Shown piece after piece: positions 26,575 to 38,554 of a stretch of 64,000 nt of DNA. Numbering within the stretch: position 1 is the stretch's first letter; each line of letters starts with the position of its first letter. The stretch comes from Lama guanicoe. Its lineage: Eukaryota. The notes under the pieces are model-generated. The model was given only the letters and a program-made list of their open reading frames with translations, searched no databases and had not been told where the DNA came from. The stretch spans positions 3,293,032 to 3,357,031 of the forward strand of contig MU054400.1 of NCBI GenBank assembly GCA_013239625.1. The letters are read 5' to 3'. Both the position numbers and the translations under genes were made by a program.

Positions 26575-26960
26575 ATCAGTTAGGATTATGTAACATTTCA
26601 AGTAATAGAACCCCAAATGAACAATGACTAAAATGAGATTAAAATGTCCTTATCCCTCAAGGAAAGCTTCAGCAGTAGACAGCACAGGGCCAATATGGGG
26701 GCTCTGCACATAGTGTCCTCAGGGACCCAGATCACCACTCTGCCATCTCCACGGCCTAGTCTCATCCTCATGGTCCAATGAGGCGGCCAGAGCACCAGCC
26801 CTCACAACCACATTCCCCAGAATTAGATGGCAAAGGAACAAAGAATAGAGACACAGAGAGTACAAGTTGCCTGCCTTTTCAAGAAGGTTCTTAGGAGCTT
26901 CCATATAACAACTCTGCTCACATAACCAACAAGGGAGGCTGGAAAATGAAGTCTTTATGC
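26575..26960 (-). mobile_element. Old MaLR LTR fragment
   Basis: ATCAGTTAGGA..CAAGTAATAGAACCCCAAA..CTCAGGGACCCAG..CATCCTCATGGTCCAA..CAAGGGAGGCTGGAAAATG. Confidence 0.6.
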
Positions 26961-27776
26961 TGGGCCAACTTAAAGTCCAGGGCTCCAGAATGCACCAGGG
27001 TCAGTGCACTTTAGGGAACAACGAGCAGTCTTCACCCATGTCTTTTACACTTTGTCTCTGCTTCCACAGCACATTTTTCCAGGTCACACACTTGAAGTCT
27101 TCCTCAATGACAGGTTCCATGACATGGAGCCAGGAGTTTCTGTGTGGTCTCAGTTAACCCCAGGCCCTGGTGGGAAGTTACCCTAAACACCATCCCCTGC
27201 TTCTGTACACACAGCCACGTCAAAAGAGTGAAGGAGTTCCAATCCCACTCCTAGCCTCAGGAGTTTGCCTTCTTCTCGTAATTTCTCATGAGAAGACTCC
27301 ACAGCCTCAAAGCCCATGGTTGACAACAGCCAGAAACCTGACCCAACCTGATCTCAGTAAAAACAGGGACTTCCTATAAAGATGATGGATTAGCGCATTA
27401 AAGTCTGAGACAGGAGAACGTGTCTGGACCTCCGGAGGACTAGGATCAGGCCCTGCAAAGCCCTGCAGGCTCCCTTCTCTCTTGAGTGTGTGTCTTTCTT
27501 GTGGCTGGCCTGCTTTTTCCACGGAGAGGATAATGGGGCTGTCAAAAGCTTCTGCGTTTTCCATTTGGTGGCTTCAGCCACCTAAGAGAGAGAGTGACCA
27601 GATGTTCCCTCTGGCTCACAGTCAGGAAACACCAGGAAGAAAGTCATGTGTCCAGCGTCTTCAGATGCTGACTCTGGGATAATCAGGTGGGTTCAGGTGG
27701 GCAGGGCCAGCTGGATAGGACAGGAGAAGGGCAGTGCCTACAAACAGGTAGCTTGTCGGAGAGATGAAACCAATAG

Positions 27777-27790
27777 GTATCCATGGCAAC
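27777..27790. promoter_or_regulatory. RFX X-box motif
   Basis: GTATCCATGGCAAC closely matches the palindromic X-box GTTGCCATGGCAAC. Confidence 0.45.
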
Positions 27791-29329
27791 AGTCATCCCC
27801 CAGTGATCAATTTCCACAATGGGTCAAAACTCTCTGGGAAACAGCCCCTGGGCAGTTGTCACTGAGTGCTCGCCCCTGTGATTCTGCCCACCAGGTTTCC
27901 TGAGTCCCAGGGCACCTCTTGACCTCTTTATGTCCCCTGGAGAAATAGACTCTCTGCCCATAACTCCAAAGGGCAGACATGTGAACCCATCCAAGCCTTG
28001 CCCAGGGAAGGGGGCACCTCCAAATCAGTAGGACATCAGACACTCAAGAAATATCAGGCAAGATATTTTTTGTCCTCCATCATAAATTCTAAAACAGACA
28101 CAGGAAAGAAGCCTTTTGAAAAGTGAGCCCAAATACAATTACATCTCCCCAGGAGAAAGTGGTACCTGGGCACGCCCACATCTCAGGATGATTAAGACCC
28201 GGAAGGTACTCTGAAAATCCTCTGCTTTTCTACCTCACCATCCAGCAACTTAGAATCATGGGAAGTAGGTCAAATTAAACACCCACAAAAATAAAAAATT
28301 TGAAAAAAGAATTATAGCACCTGCCAGGAAAGATGGACCCCATAGCTACTGTCTCAAAATTCTGCATTCAATGGCCCCTCGAGGTCACCAGTCAGGATCA
28401 TTTTTAGATCAGTTCTTAGCATCTGATCTCCCATCATTTGCCCTCAGCTTTTCTCAAGCGTGAGAAAAAATAAACAGACTAAACATACCAATTTGGTCAC
28501 CAGAGCATTCATCATTAAGCCTGATTCATAGTTATCGCTGGAATATTCCTGCTTTCCTCTAAATGACTCCCTTTAGATAAACTTTGCTCTTACTCAGATC
28601 ACAGCGGTCTCCCGACAGCCACCTCACTGTCAGAGCCGCAGGAGAAAAACGGGTTACTAGTGAGGCTCTCCCTTCTGACCGAGAGCCTGGAAGGCTCACC
28701 CAGGCCATGCAACATGGTCTTCAGAGTGAAACCAGGAGCCTTCCTTCAGTGGGGAAGGGTCACGGCTGCCGGCGTAGTGGACACAATACTGACCTGTAAA
28801 AGCTTAGGGCTCAAGCCGCAGCTCTGAGACTTTGCATGAGAACTAAAGTCACGTGATCTTTCTCATCCTTTCTGACTAGCAAAATAGAATACCCGCCTCA
28901 GGAATGGTCTATGAGAGTACTTAGAAACTGTAGGTTTTCAACTGCAGATAAAATGAAGTGTGTTGAATTATCTGGCATCATAAACACTGGTATTAAAGAC
29001 ATAGCTGTTGAAATGAAGAAATGCATACAGGCCGATCTGTGCAAAGATGCAATAACATACAGGTTTTCCAAATGCTAATATGAGTGAAAATTGCAGACCA
29101 GCCATCAGAAGTGGGGCCAGGGTCAGACCCCCCAATTCCCATCTTCTTTCTTCTCTTCCTGGAGAAGCTACTTCACAAGGCCCAGCCATCTCCATTTATG
29201 AGTTAAACATGTATCTTTTTGTTTAAAAAGATGAAGCCATGATATTTAAAAAAAAAAAAAACCTTTACATCAACGCTGCCTACTTGTAAAGTATAAATTC
29301 TCAAAATAAAATCTATTTTACTTCAATGG

Positions 29330-29766
29330 GGAGGATGGTTTTTTGTTTATTTCTGGTGTACAGCATAGTGATTCATTTATACATATATATATTCCTTTTT
29401 ATATTCTTTTTCATTATAGGTGATTATAAGATATTCATTATAGTTCCCTGTGCTATACAGTTGGACCTTGTTGTTTATCTATTTTATATATAATAGTTAG
29501 TATCTGCAAATTCCATGCTCTCAATTTATCCCTCCCCATCCCTTTTCCCTCTAGTATCCATAAGTTTGTTTTCTATGTCTATGAGTCTATTTCTGTTTTG
29601 TAAATAAGTTCATTTGTGTCATTTGTTTAGATTCCACACATAGGTGATATCATATGGTATTTTTATTTCTCCTTCTGGCTTACTTCACTTAGTATGATAA
29701 TCTCTAGGTCCATCCATGCTACTGCAAATCCCATTAGTTCATTCTTTTTTATGGCTGAGTAGTATT

Positions 29767-29767
<1 letters not shown>
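29330..29767 (-). mobile_element. L1 3' end (cetartiodactyl type)
   Basis: TTTCTGGTGTACAGCATAGTGATTCA..TTCCCTGTGCTATACAG..CTGGCTTACTTCACTTAGTATGATAATCTCTAGGTCCATCCATG. Confidence 0.9.

Positions 29768-29803
<36 letters not shown>
29768..29803. repeat. (TG)n microsatellite
   Basis: About 17 TG units at the edge of the L1. Confidence 0.95.
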
Positions 29804-29805
<2 letters not shown>

Positions 29806-30519
29806 ACTGGGCTGGATCCCTTTCCCTTTAAAATTACCTTGGATGTGTCCATCATTTTCCACAGAGCTATCCTCTCTGGAACCATTTAGAAGGTTAGGGA
29901 AGAGGAAAGAAATGAACCTCCTTCAAAACAGAAGTTCCAATCAATTGAGACACCTAATTTACTTGTGTTCAATTTCTGGCAATTTTGATGCTCTGTCTCT
30001 GTCCCTGAACAATATTTTGAGGTTAAAAAAATAAGTAAATAGCTTCATTTCCAGTACCAGTTTGAAAATTAGCCACTAAGAGATGGGTTTTGTTGGTTTG
30101 CTTTTTCATATATTTTAAAACATTTTTACTTTGGCACAATGTAGAATCCAAGAGTAGCCAACCTTTCAAGGTACGTTAGAGGCCAGCTAGTGACTCCAGA
30201 TCTCAATGTCCCAACAGCACATCAAATACTTACGAAGGCAGAAAGATGCAAGGGTGCTATAAAACTGGAAATGAAGGAATTTAATGGTTCAGTGTTCTCC
30301 AGGCAAAACTGACACTAACCAAAGCGTAGACGAAGCCCTGGAACAGAAGAGCAGAGAAAGGAAGAAAGAAGGGATTTATGTAACACTATCTCCAACCCCT
30401 GCCATTTCTTTGCAAACCTCTAACTCAGGGACAGTAGGCCTTTGCTGCCCATGAGGCTGGTGGCCACTCTCCTACTGTAATGAAGCCACTTTCTGAAATG
30501 ACCATTGTTTCATACAGTA

Positions 30520-30885
30520 GAGGTCACTAGGGCTGTCTACCAAATATTTCTCTCTCTTTCGTGGGTATATGATAGGATTACACTTCCCCAAATCCTTGAG
30601 GTTAGATATAGCCATATGGCTCACTTTGGCATGAGAAAAGTGGTGCGTGTCACTTCTAGATGGAAGCTTTAACATCCAGTGAACAAGCAGTCACACTCCT
30701 TTTGCCTCTGCTATGGTGACCAGAAGCTCTCCAGATAGAGGCTGCTCCAAGAGCCTGGATCCCGGATGAGCCCTGCTGACCCATGACAAGCACTCAGCAG
30801 GAATGGGAAACAAACCTATTGCGTTACTTCCGGGACTGAGAGTCGGGGGTCGTCTGTTACTGCAGCGTGACCTCACCTATGCTGA
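30520..30885 (+). mobile_element. Old MaLR LTR
   Basis: GATTACACTTCCC..GCCATATGGCTCACTTTGGC..GTCACTTCTAGATGGAAGCTTTAA..TGTTACTGCAGCGTGACCT. Confidence 0.65.
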
Positions 30886-31059
30886 CTTCTGCTCATCTGT
30901 CCTAAAAGAGGGTTGTCAGATACTCCTCACAAATATCAGGCCCCCAGTGGATGCAAGGATGAAAATATGCATTTCGTTTCTTAAGAGATCAAAAGCACTT
31001 ATATTCTATAACATTTACATTTTTTAAACTATTTTTTTAACTGTAATAATTATATCAAG

Positions 31060-31268
31060 CAGAGATTGGCAAATACTTCTCTACAGGACCAGATAGCCTT
31101 TGTGAGCTACATCGTCTTTACCACAAGTCCTCAACCCTGCCGTTGTCACAAGAGCACTCACAGACAACACGTAAGTGAATGCCAATGGCTGTGTTTCAGT
31201 AAGACTTTACTTACGAAAGTAGGTGGTGGGCCACATTTGGGCCACGGGTCATGGTTTTCCAAACCCTG
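31060..31268. mobile_element. MER58A-like hAT MITE
   Basis: CAGAGATTGGCAAA..GGACCAGATAG..GGCTGTGTTTCAGTAAGACTTTA..GGGCCACATTTGG..TTTTCCAAACCCTG. Confidence 0.8.
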
Positions 31269-31929
31269 ATAGAGAGCACTGAAGAGGGAACAGAATTGAC
31301 TTTGTACTTGTCTCTCCCATCACTCAGCTTCATTCACTGACTTAGACACTGTTCATTACACTGAAAAATCTTTCTAGCACTGCATTCAGGAGAGGAATCA
31401 AAGCACAAGAATAAATTAATTTCAACAATTTTAGCGTTTCTGTTAATTAAATAACTGTGTGGCTCCACAGGGAAAGAAATGGTATAGTCAAAGTAAGAAC
31501 TTCATCATAAAGGGAATTAGGAAAGAGGTCTTTTTTCCCTAAATTAGAGCCATTCCATTTTTCTGATTTCACCATGAATGGATATGCATTACTACAAATC
31601 CAGCGTGCACTGAGGCTACAAAAATGCAATATACAAAACCATCCAAAGGACACATTTCCCTGAAGACCTTGCTTAAATATTTAAAACTTCTTTTTCAAGT
31701 GTTCAGTAAATACACTGGAAAACAATTGCTTGTACAATGCAAATGTAACTCTTTTTTTAAAAAAAGCAATTATTTTTATCAAGGAATTAAGTGTTCTTGT
31801 AATGAAAGGGCCAATTTATTTCTTATTTTGAGCAGTGACTGTTACGACTACAGACCTAAGTGAACAGAACAGAGACAGGGTTCTGGAACTGTTGACTATT
31901 GCAGTTGGTGAATCATTGCAGGAGGTGAA

Positions 31930-32290
31930 TTATTGGTGCAGAGTTCTTTCTTCCTCATGTTTGTCAACATCCTCCACAGCTCTCCTCCCCATCCCGTTGA
32001 TGGCGGGCTCAGCCACGTGACTTGCTTTGGCCAATGGATGTCGGCAAAAACAACTGTGTGGCATTTCAGAGCTGGGGCCTTTAATGACCTCTCAGAAGTT
32101 TGCTTCCCCCTCTTGCCCGTCTGCTCTCTTCCACGAGGAAATCAGACGCAAGCCCAACCCTTAGCCTAAAGCAGAAGTGGTCTAACTAACCTGCAGGTGG
32201 GTGAGGAAATTGATGTTTGTTGTTTACACCACTGAGGTTCTGGAGTTGTTTGTTACGCAGTATTATCACATCAAGAGTTGACTAATGCAG
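31930..32290 (+). mobile_element. Old MaLR LTR
   Basis: GCCACGTGACTTGCTTTGGCCAATGGA..CACTGAGGTTCTGGAGTTGTTTGTTACGCAG..GACTAATGCA. Confidence 0.65.
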
Positions 32291-32340
32291 CTATTATTTA
32301 CCATTTTTATTACTCAGTCAGAAAATACTTTTCTCAATGC

Positions 32341-32869
32341 TGTCAACTGAAAAAAAAAAAAGCACAATCTGAAGGTTGAGAGTTAGTTTTATTTGGTGGA
32401 CATTTCCAAGGACTTCAAGCTTGGGAGGTCTTCTCTCAGATCGCTCTAAGAGACTGCTCCAAAGAAGCAGGGGAGGAGCCAGGATATAAAAGGAGTTTGT
32501 GCAGCAAAGACCAGGTAGTCAGAATATCAAAAGATTACTGTTAATTAAAGAAAACCAGATATCTCAAGTTAAGAAATTTAGCACTTTTCTGTGTATGGGA
32601 AGATGCAAAATTCTGGGCTCTTTGAAATCGTTCCTTTGATCTGCATCTTAGCCATCTAGGGCCAGTGTCCTGTGCTGCCCATCCTGAGTCCCCTCAGAGG
32701 GCACCACTGGGGGCAGCTGCAGAGGCTGTGGACTTGTCATCCAGCAGCCTGCCTGTCTCCATCCTCAGTTTCCTCCAGCTCACTGTCTGGGGTGGCAGTA
32801 GTGGCTGATGACTTGATGGCCACAGTGTCCTCTGTTTACTGAGATGGAAGGCAATGTTGTTCATTCACA
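32341..32869 (-). mobile_element. ERV1-type solo LTR, 529 bp
   Basis: TG...CA termini; perfect 4-bp TSD ATGC at 32337-32340 and 32870-32873; AATAAA on the minus strand near its 3' end. Confidence 0.9.
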
Positions 32870-34084
32870 ATGCTACGTGAACAATTGTGATTTGTAAATA
32901 AATAGTCATCAGTTCAGTAAAAATGTCTCAACTCACTCAAGGAACTGAGCCATTGCATGTGAGGAAGCCTAATAATTCCATACAACTCATTTTCAAAAAT
33001 CTATGAACTTTTCTGATTTTTAAATGGTGCAGCCGGACTATATGTGAAGTACTGATGTGTTTGTTACTATTCCCTGTGTTTCATTGAATTATTACCCATA
33101 GGACCTCTTCTCAGCCCAAGAGCTGGAAAAGAGACACCTCTTAGCTTGGGAAGGGATATTTTTAACTATGGATTACAAACCATTAAGGATCACAAAATCA
33201 ATTAAGTAGGTCTCAACCAATATATTTTAAATGAAAAATAGAATAGAAGACATCAGAGTGTCTGACACATAAAAAAACGTAAATTTTGTTTTGAAAATGC
33301 ATGTGGGGAAGAAGAGAGACTGAAATGTGATAATTCAAACATTTTTTAAAATTTTGAAAGCCTCTGCCTTAAAGAAAGTTTATTTCAGTGTGAACAGAGG
33401 AATCAAATACTTGGATCTAGTTCAGAACTGAACTCTTTTACAACCTGCAGTTAGCACTTTAATTTCTTCATCATTCTGAGGCAGTCAGCGATCACTTCCA
33501 AGATGTGAGATTCGGAGAACAGAGGGACGGAGTCAGGAATGGCCATTGGAGAAGTGTCCTGCAGAGACCGAAATGTTTTCTTTACTGTCTCTGATGCAGA
33601 AAGAATGATAGATTGTTTCAAACGGACAAGAACTGTAATTGCATCCAGTTGTTCAGTGGTCCTCACCAGGAGAGAAGATTCCAGACCAGTTAGCCAAGTA
33701 TGATGCACAAGGACTCACTGTCCTCCCTTAAGACGATGCTGGCAGCATTCTGGTGGACAATGAAGGGAACCAAGGCCAACCCACACCCCTAGCCCAGTGA
33801 GCCAAGCCTGACCAGCCCTCCACTGCTTCAGTGTCAAATAAACAGAATAAAAGCCACACAGAGCCTAGGAAGCAATGTAGGTTGACCAGAGGAAAAGGAA
33901 ACTGTACACTCAGGCTGCAGAGAAAAAAACATACTTTTAAGAGTTAAAATCGATTGCATTTAATCTTTTAAAAGAAGAGAAACACTCAAATTAGGCAGAA
34001 AATTATTCCCCAAACTTGTAGCCCTATTCTATTCTGCTTTAAAAAAATTTTTTTTATTTACTGAAAAAATGAAATACATAAGGG

Positions 34085-34515
34085 TGGTGGGTTGAATAGT
34101 GTCCCCCGCAAAGTCACATCTACCCACAATCTCAGAACTGATCATCTTGGGAAAAGGATCGTGGCAGGTGTAATTAGTGAAGTGAAGATGAGGGCATACT
34201 GGATTAGAGTGGGCCTTATAGGGTGGTGTCTTTATAGGAAGAAGAGACACACAGAGACCCACCCGGGGAGGAAGGCCATGTGCAGATGGAGGCGGAGGTT
34301 GGAGTGATGCACCCACAAGCCAAGGACTGCTGGGAGCCACTAGAAGCTAAGAAGACACAAGGAAGGATCTTCCCCCACAACTTTCAGAAGAAGCCTGGCC
34401 CTGCTGACACCTTGATTTTGTTGCCAGACAGAACTGTGAGAATAAATTTCCCTTGTTTTAAGATGCGTCCGTTGTGACAATTTGTTATAACAGCCCTAGG
34501 AAACTAACAAATACA
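34085..34515 (+). mobile_element. MaLR (MLT1C-like) LTR
   Basis: TGGTGGGTTGAATAGTGTCCCCC..GATGAGGGCATACTGGATTAG..GCCAAGGACTGC..CTGCTGACACCTTGATTT..TTTGTTATAACAGCCCTAGGAAACTAA. Confidence 0.85.
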
Positions 34516-35887
34516 GTGAGATCTACAAAAGACTATATATAACATATATGGACAGTTCAAAAATCAACAACAATAAAATAAACACCCATTTACCCAGAAT
34601 CTAATTTTGAAGCCCCCTCAGTGCCGCTCCCCACTCACAGCCCCCACCTCTTATCTCTACTCCCCGGATTTTGTATTAAGCATTCCGTTCTTTTTCTTTG
34701 TGATTTCTTTATACATACTTACGAGTAAAAATCCCCAAACAATATATTGTTTAGTTTTGCCTGTTTTGAGTTTTTACATAAATTGAGTCATACTTTACAT
34801 ATTCTTCTTCATGTGTTTTTTACACAACATTTTGTTTGCAAAAGTAACTCACAATGATGTGTAATACTGCATACAAAATATATATTTTTTTCATTTTGCA
34901 ACCAATCACAGTTAAATGGTTTCCAATATTTTGCCATTATAAACAATATTACCATGAACATACGTTCTTTATATGTCTCCTAATACACATTGCCTTGTTA
35001 GGGGATTGTAATGACCTGAAATGGAACAGGCTTAGAATTGAAACAGAGTTTCTGCTTAAGAGTAGACTTTCTGAGTTTTAGCATATGATTATGCTCAACT
35101 TTATGAAAAGTATACTTTAGTAATAATAATAATAATAATATTACAAGGAATGAAAGGAATTTGTAGATGTCAAAAATCACAGACTTGCAACAAGACAGGA
35201 AAGATGAGCTAAAAGACAATTAGTTGATCCAAAGTCTGACAAAGATAAAAACAAGAAAGACGAATCTCACTTATTAATATAGATGTGGAAATTATAAATA
35301 AAACATTAACATTTCAAATCTAAAAGTCCATAGTAATAATACACCGTTACCAACTGACTTCACTCCAGGAATACAAGCATGATTAAATATTAAAGAAAAT
35401 GCATATAATTTATAATATTAGTCAAAACATGAAAGTATATGATCTACTCAATCAGTTGAAAAGATACTGGCTAATATTCAGAATTTATTTTTCTTTTTAA
35501 AAAGCTTCTACAAGAATAACATTAGAAAAATGGATTCTTAACATGATGAAAAATATCCACAGTAACTAAATTAGGAACAAGACTAGAATACTTGCTTTCA
35601 CACCCATTTTTCCAGCTAGAATTTGCAGTCTATGCATTAAGAAAGAGAAAGTAAGGGATAAAGATCATAAAAGAGACAAAAATTAGAAAGCAGAAGACAT
35701 TATTTGGAGATGATATGACTTGCAAATGATTGCTCAGCTAGATAACCCAATAAAAATCTAGTATTGTTAAAAAATAGCATTGAAAAATTTCAACAGAATG
35801 GAAACAGATACACTTACTACTTGGCAGTGTGTCCAGCAAAGGCAAGTTGCCCAATATCCCCTTTCTCATGGCCATTCTCGGGCACAA

Positions 35888-35994
35888 CTTTATTAGACAG
35901 AATAAGGGATGGAATCTTCTAACATTAACATCATCTCTTTTCTTTATTAGACAGAATAAGGGATGGAATCTTCTAACATTAACATCATCTCTTT
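35888..35994. repeat. 54-bp head-to-tail tandem duplication
   Basis: CTTTATTAGACAGAATAAGGGATGGAATCTTCTAACATTAACATCATCTCTTT(T) occurs at 35888 and again at 35942. Confidence 0.95.
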
Positions 35995-36892
35995 CCTTTC
36001 TTCTTTTCCTGTATTTTTTTTTCCTGTCAGAACAGACATTGGAATTCATATACATCGAATGCATTTATAATCTAGCACCATTATAAATAAAACCTTGATA
36101 TCCAATTATACCCATATGTAGATTCTGCTTTTACTTCATGCCAAGCTTGATGCAAAATTCAAACCTGCTACAAATCCCACTTCCCAACAAATAATCCTCC
36201 AACACCAAAAATATTACTGAAAAAAAGCTAGACTTTGCTAGCGTGTGGGTAGCGGGCCAGGTCGTGCCAGTGTAGGAACTGGGTATACGGGAACTTGCTA
36301 TACTTTGCACTCAAGTTTTCTCTGAGCCTAAAACTGCTCTAAAAATAAATTTTATTAATTATGAAAGTAGAATTTACTCACCATGTCACAAAATTTAAAA
36401 GTTGTCACCACACGGCACATGTTTCCATCAGACAGATGCCCAGGGTGTCAGCACAGGCGGTCAGGACCCCAGCTCTTGGCCCCAGGATTGAGAGGCTCAA
36501 TTCTGGCTCCTTCTGGCTGATCCCACACCAATGATTTGGGGTCCGTGGGGTCAAGGGGCTGTGCTCTCCAGAGCCCACATCCTGGAACTTTCTTTTTGTT
36601 CCTCACCTACTCTCTCTCTTCTTTTAAAAGCTTCTTTTTATTGTCATGAAGCCTGAAAGTCAGCCACGTGATCACATCTACCTTCAGGCTTATGACAGTA
36701 TTTCTGAGGTAAAACCAAGCTCTTCATACAAACAAAAGTTACTATCAACTGCTGAGAAGCTAGCATATTCGTCACCTCACATTCTTCCTACATATCAGCT
36801 TGAATTTGTTAGAAATATTAAGAAAAATTTTTCCTTTCACAAAGTGACGAAGTCAAAATAACTAAAAGTAAAAATCAAAAGAAAATGCTCAG

Positions 36893-37020
36893 GGCTGGGT
36901 GTGCTATAGTTCAGTGGTTCCTCCAGCTTAGCCTGCAGGAAGTCCTGGGTTCAATCCCCAGGACCTCTATTTAAAAAAAAAGAAAAGAAAAGAAAAAGAA
37001 AAAAAAAGGAAAGAAAAGAA
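36893..37020 (+). mobile_element. tRNA-derived SINE (vic-1-like), diverged
   Basis: CTATAGTTCAGTGG..GTCCTGGGTTCAATCCCCAGGACCTC with an (AAAAG)n tail; AAAAGAAAA(A)TG flanks both sides. Confidence 0.8.
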
Positions 37021-37967
37021 AATGTGCAAGATTTATATGAAAAGAATTACAAATCTCTACTAAGGTAAAGATTTATAAAAAGTGGAGAGATATATTGTAG
37101 TCCAGACTGGAAGCTTTTATATTGTAAATATGACAATTATCCCCTAATTAATATCTAATGGAATAAAATTCTAATCAAATTCACAATTGGATTTTTTAAT
37201 ATTTTCTTATTCTCAGAAGAAAAGAATAAAGTCCAAAAGCTATCTAGGGAAACATCAATAGAATAAACTCACAAAAATTTAGAATTTCCGTACGGCAGAA
37301 GTGAAGGCTATGAAAAAATAAAAAAAGTGAAAAGTTAAATAAGCTAAAATAACCTTACAAAAAAAGTCAGAAAAAAAAGTTGACTTGAAGAGGTGTTTTT
37401 AGTCAATAAAATTAAGCCAATAAAATATGAAATATTATCCAGGAAAATATTCTCAAGAATTCAGGAATTACACATTCTCACATGCCATCGGGGGTGTCAA
37501 TCTGTATACCTTGTTTAAAGTACACATCAAATCCATATAGTGTGCAATAACATTTGGGTTATTGGTCCTTCTTTCGGGAATGTATTTCAAGGAAATGGGA
37601 ATACAAAAAGTAGAATTATCTGAGCAAAAGAATTATTATCTTGATTGTTAATAAATAGTGAAATTAGAAAAGACTTGAATTTCCTTTATTTTCCAGACTG
37701 GTAAATAATGTATGGTAGCTTCATGGGATGGGCCATTGTGCAGCCGCGAGCAGGGATGATGCAGGTCCCAGCGATGCAGCAGCAGGAGTGACAGCAGTGC
37801 TCGCCCAGATGCCTGAGAGAGAGCAATTTAGCCTCAGGGGCGGTAAAGAAACCCCGAGGGCTCAGGAAAATGGTCCACCAGCTGTATCTGCCAATGTTGA
37901 AACTAAGCCACAAAAGGGCAACAGAGAAGAATCAATCTTTAGGTGCAAGAAAAAAAAAAGTAGAAGA

Positions 37968-38067
37968 GGGGACGGGTTTATAGCATACACAGGGTCCTGG
38001 GTTCAATCCTCAGTACCCCCGTCTAAAAATCAATCAATAAATAAACCTAATTACCAGCCCTTCCCCC
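37968..38067 (+). mobile_element. vic-1-like SINE with internal deletion of the A box
   Basis: GGGGACGGGTTTATAGC|ATACACAGGGTCCTGGGTTCAATCC..AAATAAACCTAATTACC; TSD AAAAAAGTAGAA(G/A)A at 37954 and 38068. Confidence 0.85.
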
Positions 38068-38554
38068 AAAAAAGTAGAAAAGGAGTGAAAGGAAGAGGTC
38101 AAGGTGGGTCAGGAAGACACCAAAGAAGATTTAACTGCAGAAGACAGCAGAGAAGAGAGTCCAGCCTCTGACGGAACGTAAGGAAAAGAAGCCAAGTCTG
38201 ATGATGAATTTCACATCCCAGATCTTCTCCCTGGTCTCCATTCTCCCTTTCCTGTTCAACTGTCTGGTAAAGGCGTGGCTTTTCAAAGCTCTAACAATAG
38301 TTAAGAAGAATTCTTGTACATATGTTGGTAAGTGTAAATGCTTTTTCTTAAAAGATGAAATCAGTTGCTGTTATTTTGTGAGTTTTGTTTTTGTTTGTTT
38401 TTCTGCACAACCTGGAATTAGGGGAAGAGTGAATTAAGAAAGTCTTCGCCATCTTGCACTCCAATTTACCATTCCACAGGCTGGGGGTGAGAAGGGTGAT
38501 AGCCTTAAAGATGTAGCAGAATTGAATGCAATTCACAATCATAATTATGCACTT

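Larger units (their letters stand above)
34540..37700. mobile_element. Mosaic of old L1 fragments (antisense 3' piece about 34540-35000; sense ORF2 and 3' pieces about 35200-35800, 36240-36360, 37020-37700)
   Basis: AT-rich degenerate L1 motifs such as CCAGGAATACAAGCATGATT, TTATTTGGAGATGATATGA, GGAACTTGCTATACTTTGCACTCAA..CTAAAACTGCTCTAAAAATAAA. Confidence 0.65.

Noticed and set aside
33445..33558. Minus-strand exon candidate
   Set aside because: The acceptor is plausible but the donor (GTTGTA) is weak and the peptide is unrecognised
37728..38171. 147-aa ORF
   Set aside because: Reads through a SINE and its TSD; chance ORF
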